Assembly (NCBI GenBank): GCA_051746725.1 | Contig: JBNJFI010000008.1 | Span: forward strand, 1-44,163 | Source: Fusobacteriota bacterium | GTDB taxonomy: Bacteria; Fusobacteriota; Fusobacteriia; Fusobacteriales; JBNJFI01 | DNA length: 44,163 bases | Reading direction: 5' to 3' | Part shown: piece by piece, positions 20,402 to 29,262 of the stretch | How the letters are laid out: each line of letters begins with the position of its first letter | Numbering within the stretch: the first letter of the stretch is position 1 | The notes under the pieces: generated by a model | What the model saw: only the letters and a program-made list of their open reading frames with translations | Databases searched by the model: none | Told to the model about the DNA's origin: nothing | Made by a program: the position numbers and the translations under genes

Positions 20402-21253
20402 ATGGAAATTTTATTTGGAAGAGAGGAACCCTGGATATTAGCATTAATTCAAATGGGTACAGTAATAGCAGTTTTATTTGGAACAATTCTTATGGTGAAG
20501 ATAATAAAAAAAGTGATGACAAAGCGTATGGAAAAAACTCGAATGGATATAACTCAGTTTAATTTTTTAAAACATTTAGTATTAGGTATAGTATATTTTT
20601 TAGGTTTTTTACTTGCTATATATAGTATTCCAAGTTTAAGAATTATATCAAAATCATTATTCGCCGGATCTGGAATTTTAGCTATTGTAATAGGTTTTGC
20701 ATCTCAACAGGCCTTTTCAAATATTGTAGGCGGAATATTTATAGCGCTGTTTAAACCATTTAGCATTGGCGATAGGTTGACTTTGGTATCTAAAAATGTA
20801 ATGGGAATCGTTGAAGATATTACACTTAGACATACTGTTATTAGAACTTTTGAAAATAAAAGGATTGTTGTACCTAATTCGGTAATTAGTACTGAGACTT
20901 TAGAAAATGCAAACATTGTAGATGAAAAGATTTGTAAATTATTTACAATGGGAATAAGTTATGATTCAGATGTTGATCTTGCGATGAAAATTATGAAAGA
21001 AGAAATTTTAGATCATCCTAAATTTTATGATAATAGAACTTTAGAACAAAAAGAAAATGATGAGGATCCAGTTACAATAAGGTTATTAGATTTTGGAGAA
21101 TCCTCGGTTAATATAAGAGCTTGGATTTGGGCTCAAACTCCAGCTGATGCTTTTGTTTTGGGGTGCGATTTAAATAAGAAAATAAAAGAAAGGTTTGATG
21201 AGGCAGGAATAGAAATTCCGTTCCCTCATAGAACAGTAGTTATGAAAAAATGA
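20402..21253 (+). CDS. MscS-family mechanosensitive channel
   Basis: GFASQQAFSNIVGG, KPFSIGD, GIVEDITLRHT, VPNS, GIEIPFP. Confidence 0.93.
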   Translation: MEILFGREEPWILALIQMGTVIAVLFGTILMVKIIKKVMTKRMEKTRMDITQFNFLKHLVLGIVYFLGFLLAIYSIPSLRIISKSLFAGSGILAIVIGFASQQAFSNIVGGIFIALFKPFSIGDRLTLVSKNVMGIVEDITLRHTVIRTFENKRIVVPNSVISTETLENANIVDEKICKLFTMGISYDSDVDLAMKIMKEEILDHPKFYDNRTLEQKENDEDPVTIRLLDFGESSVNIRAWIWAQTPADAFVLGCDLNKKIKERFDEAGIEIPFPHRTVVMKK

Positions 21254-21279
21254 AATCAAAATAAATATAAATAAAAGAT

Positions 21280-21316
21280 AAACTGGAAATCTAATCTTAG
21301 ATTTCCAGTTTTTTTT
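21280..21316 (+). terminator. Intrinsic terminator after the MscS gene
   Basis: AAACTGGAAATCTAA-TC-TTAGATTTCCAGTTT followed by a T-run. Confidence 0.85.
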
Positions 21317-21389
21317 AATAAAATTTGAAATATAATTGATTATAATTATTTATTGTGCTAAAATTACATAAATAAAAGGAGATGATAAT

Positions 21390-21920
21390 ATGAATATTAA
21401 ATTTTTATTAAAAAAAGAAAGAATAATTTGGATGGGAATAATTGTAATTTTAATTATTATTGATATAGTGGTTCTTTTTAAATATCAAAAGAGAGAGATT
21501 GGCTTAACAAAAAAGATTTCAAATTTAGAAAACAAAATAGAAAATTTAGAACAAAAAGAAAAAATGTATAATTCTAAAATAAAAGACTTAAAAATTCAAG
21601 TTGATAATAAAGAGTATCTCATTGAATCAATGCCATATAATAATTCTAGAATTATTAATAATTTAAAAAGAAAAGGTTATAAAAAGGGAGTAGATGGAAT
21701 AATTGAAGATTTAATTGAAAATAACGATATCATACCATATGAAGGAGTTTTAGGTGGTAATATGAATTTTTACAATGAAAATCGCATATTTGTGTTATCT
21801 GATAAATGGGTTATGGCTTACTTTGATGATGGACATATTGCAGGAAACCTTTTATTAAAATACGATCTTACAAAAAATAAAGTTAATTGGAAGGTTATAG
21901 ACTCTTATTTATTTGAATAA
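21390..21920 (+). CDS. Hypothetical protein (single TM, coiled coil, globular C-terminal domain)
   Basis: Hydrophobic residues ~11-30; LENKIENLEQK heptads; C-terminal IPYEGVLGG...FDDGH; AGGAG RBS. Confidence 0.75.
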   Translation: MNIKFLLKKERIIWMGIIVILIIIDIVVLFKYQKREIGLTKKISNLENKIENLEQKEKMYNSKIKDLKIQVDNKEYLIESMPYNNSRIINNLKRKGYKKGVDGIIEDLIENNDIIPYEGVLGGNMNFYNENRIFVLSDKWVMAYFDDGHIAGNLLLKYDLTKNKVNWKVIDSYLFE

Positions 21921-21963
21921 TATTTAATAAATTACAATTATAATAATTGGAAGGAGTATACCT

Positions 21964-23829
21964 ATGAAGTTAAAAGAAAAAGTATTTAATTTTACAATAA
22001 TATTAATTATGACTATAATATTAGCTTTATTTATATTTGTAAAATTTCATCTAGAAGATTTATTTTTAGATCTTGAAAAACAATATATACATGGAAGAGT
22101 TATCCGGGTTGAGAAAATGATTGAAAATGACCTTAAAAATTTAAAACACTTGGTTTTGGATTGGGCTATATGGGATGATACCCGTGATTTTATTTTAAAT
22201 GGAGATGAAGATTATATAAATTCAAATATGGGAATCACAACTTATTTAAACACAAATATTAATTTTATTGGAATAACTGATTTAAATAAAAAGCCTTTAT
22301 TTTTAGAAAATTTTGATCTTGAAGAGAAAAAGGAAACTCCATTTGATAGAGAAATTCTTGATTTTATTGAAGATAAAGATAATGAATCGAAAATAATTTA
22401 TTTAGAAGAATCTCAAAAAATTGCATACTTTTCTTATTCAAAAGTATATAATTCTAATAAAACTTCAAATCCAGTTGGGTATTTTTTAATGGGTTATTAT
22501 ATAAATGAATCTATTCTTGCTGATTTTAAAGATAGAATACGAGTTCAATTTTATTTTGATATAGAAGAAGAAAACGATGATATGGTCTATTATGATAGGC
22601 CTAATAAAAATTATACTTATTCAAAAAAGGTGATTACAAATTTAGATAATGATCTAAAAGTAGTTGCTATTATAAAAACAGAAAGATGGATTTATAAACT
22701 TTTAAATGATATACTCACAGATGCTACTATTTTTATAATAATAATTTTAATGTTAGGTTATTTTGGAATAAGATATGGACTTAATAAATTTATGATATAT
22801 CGAATTGAAAACCTTGAAAATCAAGTGCTAGATATTACCAAGGATTTCTATCCTGGAAAAAGAGTAACCGAAATAAAGAATGATGAGATAGGTATTCTAG
22901 GGAATGTTATAAATAAACTTTTGGATAAAATCGAGGATATGAAAGAAAAAATTACCTTAAGTCAACAAAAATATAAAGGCCTTTATGAAGAAACTGCTGC
23001 TCTACATTTGATTATAGGAGATGATTTTAATATAAAAAACGTTAATAGATCTGTTGAAAAATTACTTAAATATTCTAAAAATGAATTAATAAATAAAAAT
23101 ATAAGAAAAATTGTACTAAAAAAAGATTTTGATATTTTAAGTAAATTTATTACAGATAGTTTTTTAGGGAATAAAACTGATAAAAAAGAGATTACTTTTG
23201 TATCAAAAGATAATAAAAAACATATAATAATAGTCGCTCCTACAGAACTACAGTTTTACGAAGATGGGGTCTATAGTATATTGCTTACTGGAATAGATAT
23301 AACTGAACGTAAAAAGGCTGAAAATAAATTAGAAAGATATGCTACCATTGATGATATGACAGGTGTATATAATAGAAGAGTTGGATTTGAAATATTAGAA
23401 GATTTAGTAGAAAAATACGAAAATGATTCTGATAAAAATAATTTCGCAGTTTGTTATATCGATATAAATAATTTAAAAGTGATTAATGATAAAAAAGGTC
23501 ACCAAAAGGGTGATGAGATGATCTTGTCAGTAGTTGATATTTTAAAGGACATAACGCGAGATGAAGATAGACTTATAAGACTAGGGGGAGATGAATTTTT
23601 AATTGTTCTACCTGGATTCACTAAGGATATAGCTGATAAATTTTGGAAACGTGTGGAAGAAAAAGTTAAAAATATAAATACTTTGGGAATTTTTGATTTT
23701 AAAATAAGTATAAGTCATGGATATGCATTTTATACAAACCAAGATCCCAAAACAGTAGATCAACTTTTAGAGGTTTCTGATAGGCGTATGTATAAGGAAA
23801 AAAAGGAAAAAAAGAAGCAAAAGATTTAA
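21964..23829 (+). CDS. Membrane diguanylate cyclase (CHASE4-HAMP-PAS-GGDEF)
   Basis: DWAIWDDT (CHASE4), DEIGILG (HAMP), GIDITERK (PAC), DMTGVYNRR, RLGGDEF with an RxxD I-site (RDED) five residues upstream. Confidence 0.92.
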   Translation: MKLKEKVFNFTIILIMTIILALFIFVKFHLEDLFLDLEKQYIHGRVIRVEKMIENDLKNLKHLVLDWAIWDDTRDFILNGDEDYINSNMGITTYLNTNINFIGITDLNKKPLFLENFDLEEKKETPFDREILDFIEDKDNESKIIYLEESQKIAYFSYSKVYNSNKTSNPVGYFLMGYYINESILADFKDRIRVQFYFDIEEENDDMVYYDRPNKNYTYSKKVITNLDNDLKVVAIIKTERWIYKLLNDILTDATIFIIIILMLGYFGIRYGLNKFMIYRIENLENQVLDITKDFYPGKRVTEIKNDEIGILGNVINKLLDKIEDMKEKITLSQQKYKGLYEETAALHLIIGDDFNIKNVNRSVEKLLKYSKNELINKNIRKIVLKKDFDILSKFITDSFLGNKTDKKEITFVSKDNKKHIIIVAPTELQFYEDGVYSILLTGIDITERKKAENKLERYATIDDMTGVYNRRVGFEILEDLVEKYENDSDKNNFAVCYIDINNLKVINDKKGHQKGDEMILSVVDILKDITRDEDRLIRLGGDEFLIVLPGFTKDIADKFWKRVEEKVKNINTLGIFDFKISISHGYAFYTNQDPKTVDQLLEVSDRRMYKEKKEKKKQKI

Positions 23830-23845
23830 ATAAATAATTTTAGAC

Positions 23846-23883
23846 AAATAAAAAGAAGAGGTTTTTACCTCTTCTTTTTATTT
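23846..23883. terminator. Bidirectional terminator between the cyclase gene and rpsT
   Basis: AAATAAAAAGAAGAGGT-TTTT-ACCTCTTCTTTTTATTT between convergent genes. Confidence 0.88.
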
Positions 23884-23889
23884 AATAAA

Positions 23890-24159
23890 TTAGTTATTAA
23901 ACTTTGCATTAAATTTGTTTGCTAATTGAGATTTTTTTCTAGCTGCTTTATTTTTGTGAAAGATATTTTTAGTAACTGCTCTATCACATTGTTTCTGAGC
24001 ATTAACCAAGTTTTCCTTTGCCTCTTCTTTATTTTCTGATTCTAAAGAATTTTCAAATTTTTTCAATGCAGTCTTAACTTTTGTCATAACTGCTTTATTT
24101 CTTAGTCTATTTCTTTCTGCTATTACAACTCTTTTCTTAGCTGATTTTGAGTGAGCCAA
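23890..24159 (-). CDS. rpsT: 30S ribosomal protein S20
   Basis: MAHSKSAKKR...HKNKAARKKSQL; TTG start behind GGAGGTG. Confidence 0.97.
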   Translation of the reverse strand: MAHSKSAKKRVVIAERNRLRNKAVMTKVKTALKKFENSLESENKEEAKENLVNAQKQCDRAVTKNIFHKNKAARKKSQLANKFNAKFNN

Positions 24160-24196
24160 AATTCAGCACCTCCTTTACGAATGATTTTCACTTAAA

Positions 24197-24225
24197 ATAA
24201 TACCATTTTTTTTTATAAAAATCAA
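24197..24225 (-). promoter_or_regulatory. Promoter of rpsT
   Basis: Minus strand TTGATT, 17 nt, TATTAT with an extended TG. Confidence 0.65.
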
Positions 24226-24236
24226 GTGTTTTTTTA

Positions 24237-24265
24237 TTGAATTAACTCAATAAATATGGTAAAAT
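24237..24265 (+). promoter_or_regulatory. Promoter of the DinG-like helicase gene
   Basis: TTGAAT (24237-24242), 17 nt, TAAAAT (24260-24265) with an extended TG. Confidence 0.65.
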
Positions 24266-24282
24266 TAAAATTGAGGTGTAAA

Positions 24283-26751
24283 ATGGAGATAACAGATAAA
24301 TTTGAAGAAGTAGCAATAACAAAGATAAAAGAAAGTATATTGGAAGCAAACGGGAATGAAGTTTTTTTTAAGGGAGTTTTAAATGAAGTTGAAAAGATAG
24401 CGGAAGTTGAAGTTTTGGCCAGGGGAAATGAAAAAGCTGTACCAGCTTTGATAAACAGACTAAAGAGGGGACAGGTTATGATACATAATCATCCTTCGGG
24501 AATGTTATTTCCTTCTGATAATGATATTAGAATAGCATCTATATATGGAAACAAGGATGGTGGAAGTTATATTGTTGATAATGATATGACAGATGTCTAC
24601 ATTATAAATGAACCAGTAATTAAAAAATTAGAAAAAGTTGAAATAGATGAATATTTTGACAAAAAAGGAAAATTAAGTCAAAATTTTGAAAACTATGAAT
24701 ATCGTCATGAGCAGTTTGAAATGGCAAAGGTTGTGGAAAAGGCCCTCAACGAGGAAAAAAAGGCTATAATAGAGGCTGGAACAGGAACAGGGAAGACATT
24801 GGCATATCTTATCCCTACATTAGCATGGGCATTGAAAAATGATAGGAAATTAGTGGTTTCTACAAATACTATAAATTTGCAAGAACAACTTGTCAAAAAA
24901 GATATTCCTATAAGCCGTGGTGTTTTAGATAAAGATTTTAAAAGAGTCTTAGTAAAAGGAAGGGGAAATTATCTTTGTTTAAGAAAGGTAAAAAATATAG
25001 AAAAATTAAACTTAGATGATTTAAATAATGCTCAAAAAAAAGAATTGGAAAATATTACTAATTGGGCTGGACGTACTACAACTGGAGATAAAAATGAATT
25101 AGCCAATAGTGTTTCTTATAATGTTTGGGAAAAGGTCGCAAGTGAAGGGGATTTATGTCTTGGAAATAAATGTTATTTTAGAGATAAATGCTTTTTTGCC
25201 CAAGCACGTCAAAAAGTTGATAAAGCCGATCTACTAATTGTAAATCATCACATGTATTTTGCTGACCTTGCAATAAGAAAAGAAATGGATTTTTTTACAG
25301 AATATTCGATACTTCCAAATTATGATGTGGTTGTTTTTGATGAAGCTCATAATCTGGAAAGTGTTTCTAAAAATTATTTTAGTTATGAAATTTCTAAATA
25401 TAAATTTACTAAAGTAATGAACAGAATATATGATTATAAAAAACGAAATAGCAAAAAAGGTGGAATAATATATCTAGTATTGGATTATTTGCGAAATGAA
25501 ATAGATCCAAGTGTATATCAAAATATCCAGTTTTTAGTTGATAACGAGATAATTAATCTGCATAAGGACTTGTTCGAGAAGATGAAGGACCTTTTAGATC
25601 ATATAATTGCTAATTATTCAGAAGAAAAGGATACAAAATTTAGATGGACAGATGAGATAAAAGATACTGAAATATGGAAAGACGTAATACAAGATCGATT
25701 AAAAGAGGTTAAAAATGTATATTCAGTATATCTCAAAAAAGTTTTGCAAATAAAAGAAGTTATAAAAGAGGAAGATATAGAAGATGAAGATGGTTTAGTA
25801 AGTGACTTTTTTGGATATATTAAAAGACTAGAAGAATTTTTTAAGACATTAAATTTTTTGTTTAATTTAGATGATTTAGATTATGTATATTGGATAGATA
25901 TTAATAAAAAATATAAGAATATAAAATTTACAGCCACTCCGTTAAAAATACAAGATGAATTAGATGAAATATTATATCGGAATATAGATACGATATTTTT
26001 TACATCTGCTACTTTGGCAATAGAAGAATCCTTTAATTATTTAAAAGAATCTATAGGGCTAAAAGAAGAAGTTTTAGAAAAAATAATCGATTCACCATTT
26101 AATTACAAAGAGCAGATGAAAGTAATTATTCCAAGTGATATAAAAAGTCCAAATAATCGAGAATTTATAAAAAATAGCGAAGTTTTTTTAAAAAAAATAA
26201 TTGAATATTCAAAAGGCAACACTTTTTTGCTATTCACGTCATACTCAATGCTAAATAATGCTTATTACACTTTAAGAGATGACCTTGCTAGTGAGGGCTA
26301 CCAATTATTGGTTCAAGGTCAATATCCTAGACATAAATTATTGGATATGTATAAAAATTCTGAAAAACCAATACTTTTTGGAACCGATAGCTTTTGGGAA
26401 GGTGTAGATGTTAAAGGTGAAAAATTAAGAAGTGTAATCATATTTAAATTGCCATTTAGAGTTCCATCTGATCCAGTTGTTGAAGCTACCTTGGAACAAA
26501 TCAAAAAAGATGGAAAAAATCCTTTTATGGAATATCAGATTCCAGAGGCAATAATTAAATTTAAACAAGGTATAGGTAGACTGATAAGAAGTAAAGATGA
26601 TGAAGGAATGGTTGTTTTATTGGATTCTAGAATAGTAAAAAAAAGATATGGAGAAAAATTTATACACTCTTTACCACACAATGCTCCAATATATGTTGAA
26701 ACAAAAGATCAATTCATTGAAATGTTAGGAAGAACAAAAAATAAAAAATAA
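24283..26751 (+). CDS. dinG: DinG/XPD-family helicase with N-terminal JAB/RadC-like domain
   Basis: HNHPSGMLFPSDND at the N-terminus; EAGTGTGKT, four Fe-S Cys (YLC...LCLGNKCYFRDKC), DEAH, TSATL, FWEGVD, QGIGRLIR; start at ATG 24283 behind GAGGTG. Confidence 0.92.
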   Translation: MEITDKFEEVAITKIKESILEANGNEVFFKGVLNEVEKIAEVEVLARGNEKAVPALINRLKRGQVMIHNHPSGMLFPSDNDIRIASIYGNKDGGSYIVDNDMTDVYIINEPVIKKLEKVEIDEYFDKKGKLSQNFENYEYRHEQFEMAKVVEKALNEEKKAIIEAGTGTGKTLAYLIPTLAWALKNDRKLVVSTNTINLQEQLVKKDIPISRGVLDKDFKRVLVKGRGNYLCLRKVKNIEKLNLDDLNNAQKKELENITNWAGRTTTGDKNELANSVSYNVWEKVASEGDLCLGNKCYFRDKCFFAQARQKVDKADLLIVNHHMYFADLAIRKEMDFFTEYSILPNYDVVVFDEAHNLESVSKNYFSYEISKYKFTKVMNRIYDYKKRNSKKGGIIYLVLDYLRNEIDPSVYQNIQFLVDNEIINLHKDLFEKMKDLLDHIIANYSEEKDTKFRWTDEIKDTEIWKDVIQDRLKEVKNVYSVYLKKVLQIKEVIKEEDIEDEDGLVSDFFGYIKRLEEFFKTLNFLFNLDDLDYVYWIDINKKYKNIKFTATPLKIQDELDEILYRNIDTIFFTSATLAIEESFNYLKESIGLKEEVLEKIIDSPFNYKEQMKVIIPSDIKSPNNREFIKNSEVFLKKIIEYSKGNTFLLFTSYSMLNNAYYTLRDDLASEGYQLLVQGQYPRHKLLDMYKNSEKPILFGTDSFWEGVDVKGEKLRSVIIFKLPFRVPSDPVVEATLEQIKKDGKNPFMEYQIPEAIIKFKQGIGRLIRSKDDEGMVVLLDSRIVKKRYGEKFIHSLPHNAPIYVETKDQFIEMLGRTKNKK

Positions 26752-26770
26752 TTCAAATGAGGAGAGAAAA

Positions 26771-27502
26771 ATGGGAAGTATAGGAAAAATAATTGGAGGA
26801 ACTTTAGGTTGGACATTTGGAGGCCCTCTTGGAGCTATATTAGGAGCTGCAATAGGACATAATTTACATGATAAAAGTACAGCTATGAATAAGCCTGGAA
26901 ATAATAAACAAGCAGCTGCATTTGTAGGTATATTTTCTTTATTAGGAAAAATGGCTAAAGCAGATGGGACAATTATAAATAAAGAGGTAAATGAAGTAAA
27001 GAAGTTCATAAATGATAACCTAAAATTAAATTCTAAAGAATCTGAAATGGCAATGAAAATTTTTTATGAAGCGGAAAAAGCTCAATATTCATATCAAGAT
27101 TATGCTAATCAATTAGTAGATATATTTTCTCAAGATAAACAGATGCTGAAAAACATCTTGGATATTTTATTAAAAATAGCTGCTGCAGATAAACATTTGC
27201 ATGAAAAAGAAGAAAAAATGTTAAAAAAGATTGCAAAGATTTTTGATATATCTATGGATGAATACCAAAATATGGAAAGTTTTTATAATTTTGATTCTAA
27301 TATAAATAAGTATTACGAGGTTTTGAATTGCAAAAAAGGGGATTCTATGGATAAAGTAAAATCTAATTATAGAAAATTAGTAAAAGACTATCATCCAGAT
27401 AAAATAATGTCGAAGGATCTTCCAAAAGAATTTGAAGATTTTGCACATGAAAAATTTAAAAAAATACAAGAGGCTTATGAAAAGATAAAAAAAAATAATT
27501 AA
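26771..27502 (+). CDS. djlA: DjlA-like co-chaperone (TerB + J domain)
   Basis: Gly-rich N-terminal anchor (GGPLGAILGAAIGH), AKADG TerB domain, C-terminal J domain with YHPDK. Confidence 0.88.
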   Translation: MGSIGKIIGGTLGWTFGGPLGAILGAAIGHNLHDKSTAMNKPGNNKQAAAFVGIFSLLGKMAKADGTIINKEVNEVKKFINDNLKLNSKESEMAMKIFYEAEKAQYSYQDYANQLVDIFSQDKQMLKNILDILLKIAAADKHLHEKEEKMLKKIAKIFDISMDEYQNMESFYNFDSNINKYYEVLNCKKGDSMDKVKSNYRKLVKDYHPDKIMSKDLPKEFEDFAHEKFKKIQEAYEKIKKNN

Positions 27503-27544
27503 AAATATCCCTATATTCTTATATCAAGAATATAGGGATATTTT
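27502..27544. terminator. Bidirectional terminator between djlA and the EAL gene
   Basis: AAAATATCCCTATATTCTT-ATATC-AAGAATATAGGGATATTTT. Confidence 0.85.
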
Positions 27545-28844
27545 ATGCATTTAAGAGCTTAAAAATTTTATCTGAATTAACCTCCTCAAAATTGCTAATA
27601 TCAGCAGCATTATTAATATTAATATCCAGACACATTATGAATTCTAGATCTGTAAAATCATACACCTTTTTTGAAATAGTAATACACCTATTTCCAGAAG
27701 CTAGTGATATATAAGGGTCTGTTATATATTTATTAAAATCACGGTGTTTGAGTTTATAAAAATATTCTTTTAGAGAATGATCTTCACCTGATTTTGCTGG
27801 ATGAAACATAAAATTTTTCTTTTTAGGATAAAAAGTATCTTCAGCAATTATGGTTTCTCCAATTTGAAATCCATTTTTATCTAAGATGTATATACATTCT
27901 ATAAATGGATATGAATATACATATTCAGTTAATGTAGAATTGATCTCATTTTCTGAGCTGTCTTCAATTGAAGATGCTATTATTTCAATGATCGCTTCAT
28001 AAAGATCAAACTTATTTTTTTTGTGTCTTAAAATATTATCTAAATATTTCTTATATGACTTATGAAGAGAGATAAGCTTATTACTTAAATATCCTAATTT
28101 TTCATGTGTTAATACATAAGGGAACCCTATAAAATATCCTTGTAAAAGATCTGCTCCTAATTCCATTGCTTTAAAGCATTCTTGTTTATTTTCAACTCCT
28201 TCTGCTAATACTAAAGAGCCAATTTTTTCTCCTAATAAAACAAGAGATTTAAAAACATCCTGCTTAAAATAGTTTTTATCAATCCCTTTTATTAGAGATC
28301 TATCTACTTTTATAATATCAGGTTTTAGACACGATATTCTACTTAAGTTTGAATGTCCGCTCCCAACATCATCTAAGGCAATTAAAAAACCATGTTGTCT
28401 ATACAAGTATGTCAGTTCCTTTAAAGACTTCATGCTGGTAGCTTTTGATTCTAAAATTTCTATCACAATATTTCTAGGTTCAATTTTTAATTTCTTACTC
28501 CATTTTAAAATAGATCTCATAGTATTATTTATCTGATAATTTGATTGATTAGATAAGTCGGATACTTCTACGTTTAGGAAAAGTAAGAAGTTATCTAAAT
28601 CTAATTTTCCTTTATCAAATTCTTTCATTGCAACCTTTTTTGCAAGAATATCCAATTCCTCTTCTAAATTTTTCTCATTTGCAGCTTTAAACATTGCAAG
28701 AGGAGGTATGATTTCGTTTTGGGGGTCAATTCCTCGTAATAAAGCCTCTACTCCAATTATGGATTTTTTCTTTAAAGATACAATTGGCTGAAAAAACATT
28801 TTGATTTTTTCAGTTTCTATAATCTTTTCAATATTTAAATTCAT
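27543..28844 (-). CDS. EAL-domain c-di-GMP phosphodiesterase with C-terminal PDC/Cache-like domain (YkuI-like architecture)
   Basis: FQPIV, GVEALLR, FLNV, IEILE, ALDDVGSGHS, IKVDR, AEGVE, QGY; C-terminal ITDPYISLASGNRCITIS. Start moved to 28844 (GAGGTG RBS; extended -10 TGTTATAAT at 28871-28863). Confidence 0.9.
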   Translation of the reverse strand: MNLNIEKIIETEKIKMFFQPIVSLKKKSIIGVEALLRGIDPQNEIIPPLAMFKAANEKNLEEELDILAKKVAMKEFDKGKLDLDNFLLFLNVEVSDLSNQSNYQINNTMRSILKWSKKLKIEPRNIVIEILESKATSMKSLKELTYLYRQHGFLIALDDVGSGHSNLSRISCLKPDIIKVDRSLIKGIDKNYFKQDVFKSLVLLGEKIGSLVLAEGVENKQECFKAMELGADLLQGYFIGFPYVLTHEKLGYLSNKLISLHKSYKKYLDNILRHKKNKFDLYEAIIEIIASSIEDSSENEINSTLTEYVYSYPFIECIYILDKNGFQIGETIIAEDTFYPKKKNFMFHPAKSGEDHSLKEYFYKLKHRDFNKYITDPYISLASGNRCITISKKVYDFTDLEFIMCLDININNAADISNFEEVNSDKIFKLLNA

Positions 28845-29005
28845 TTTTATCACCTCGAAGATATTATAACAGAAAAAATTATATTTTGATAATACATATA
28901 TTTTATCAATATCATTTATTATATATATGTACAAAAATATATGATAAAATGACAAAAAAAGACTCAAAAGAATAAAAAATCTCTAGAAAAACACTTTTGA
29001 TGTGG

Positions 29006-29027
29006 TCTTTGAAAAGGATTTCAAAGA
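29006..29027. promoter_or_regulatory. Putative LacI-family operator, distal
   Basis: TCTTTGAAA-AGGA-TTTCAAAGA, 9-bp inverted arms; core TGAAAAGGATTTCA. Confidence 0.6.
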
Positions 29028-29161
29028 TATTTAAAAAATAAATAAAAAATATTTTAATATAAAATATCGCAATAAAGCCTATTAAAAAAGGGATCTAGAT
29101 AATAAGTTGATTAATTATAAAACTTTTAAATAAAAAAAGATAAAAAAATACCCAAAAAAAC

Positions 29162-29189
29162 TTGACAGAAATAAAATATGTAGTATAAT
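29162..29189 (+). promoter_or_regulatory. Consensus sigma70 promoter of the LacI/nucleoside cluster
   Basis: TTGACA, 16 nt, TATAAT, preceded by three A-tracts spaced about one helical turn apart (29132-29160). Confidence 0.8.
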
Positions 29190-29200
29190 TATATATGTAG

Positions 29201-29220
29201 TTATGAAAAGGGTTTCATAA
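29201..29220. promoter_or_regulatory. Putative LacI-family operator, proximal
   Basis: TTATGAAA-AGGG-TTTCATAA just downstream of the expected transcription start; core TGAAAAGGGTTTCA. Confidence 0.7.
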
Positions 29221-29262
29221 AAAAAGACAGATTTATAATTTTATAAGAAAGAAGGTGATATT

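Noticed and set aside
24283..26751. DinG as a type IV CRISPR or defence-associated helicase
   Set aside because: No cas genes, repeat-spacer array or mobile-element context; neighbours are rpsT and djlA.
28845..28967. N-terminal extensions given by the ORF track (EAL gene here; likewise BMP 35242, surE 6751, cmk 10119, dinG 24256, pdp 36395)
   Set aside because: They run through promoter or RBS sequence; downstream starts have clear Shine-Dalgarno motifs and fit the family N-termini.
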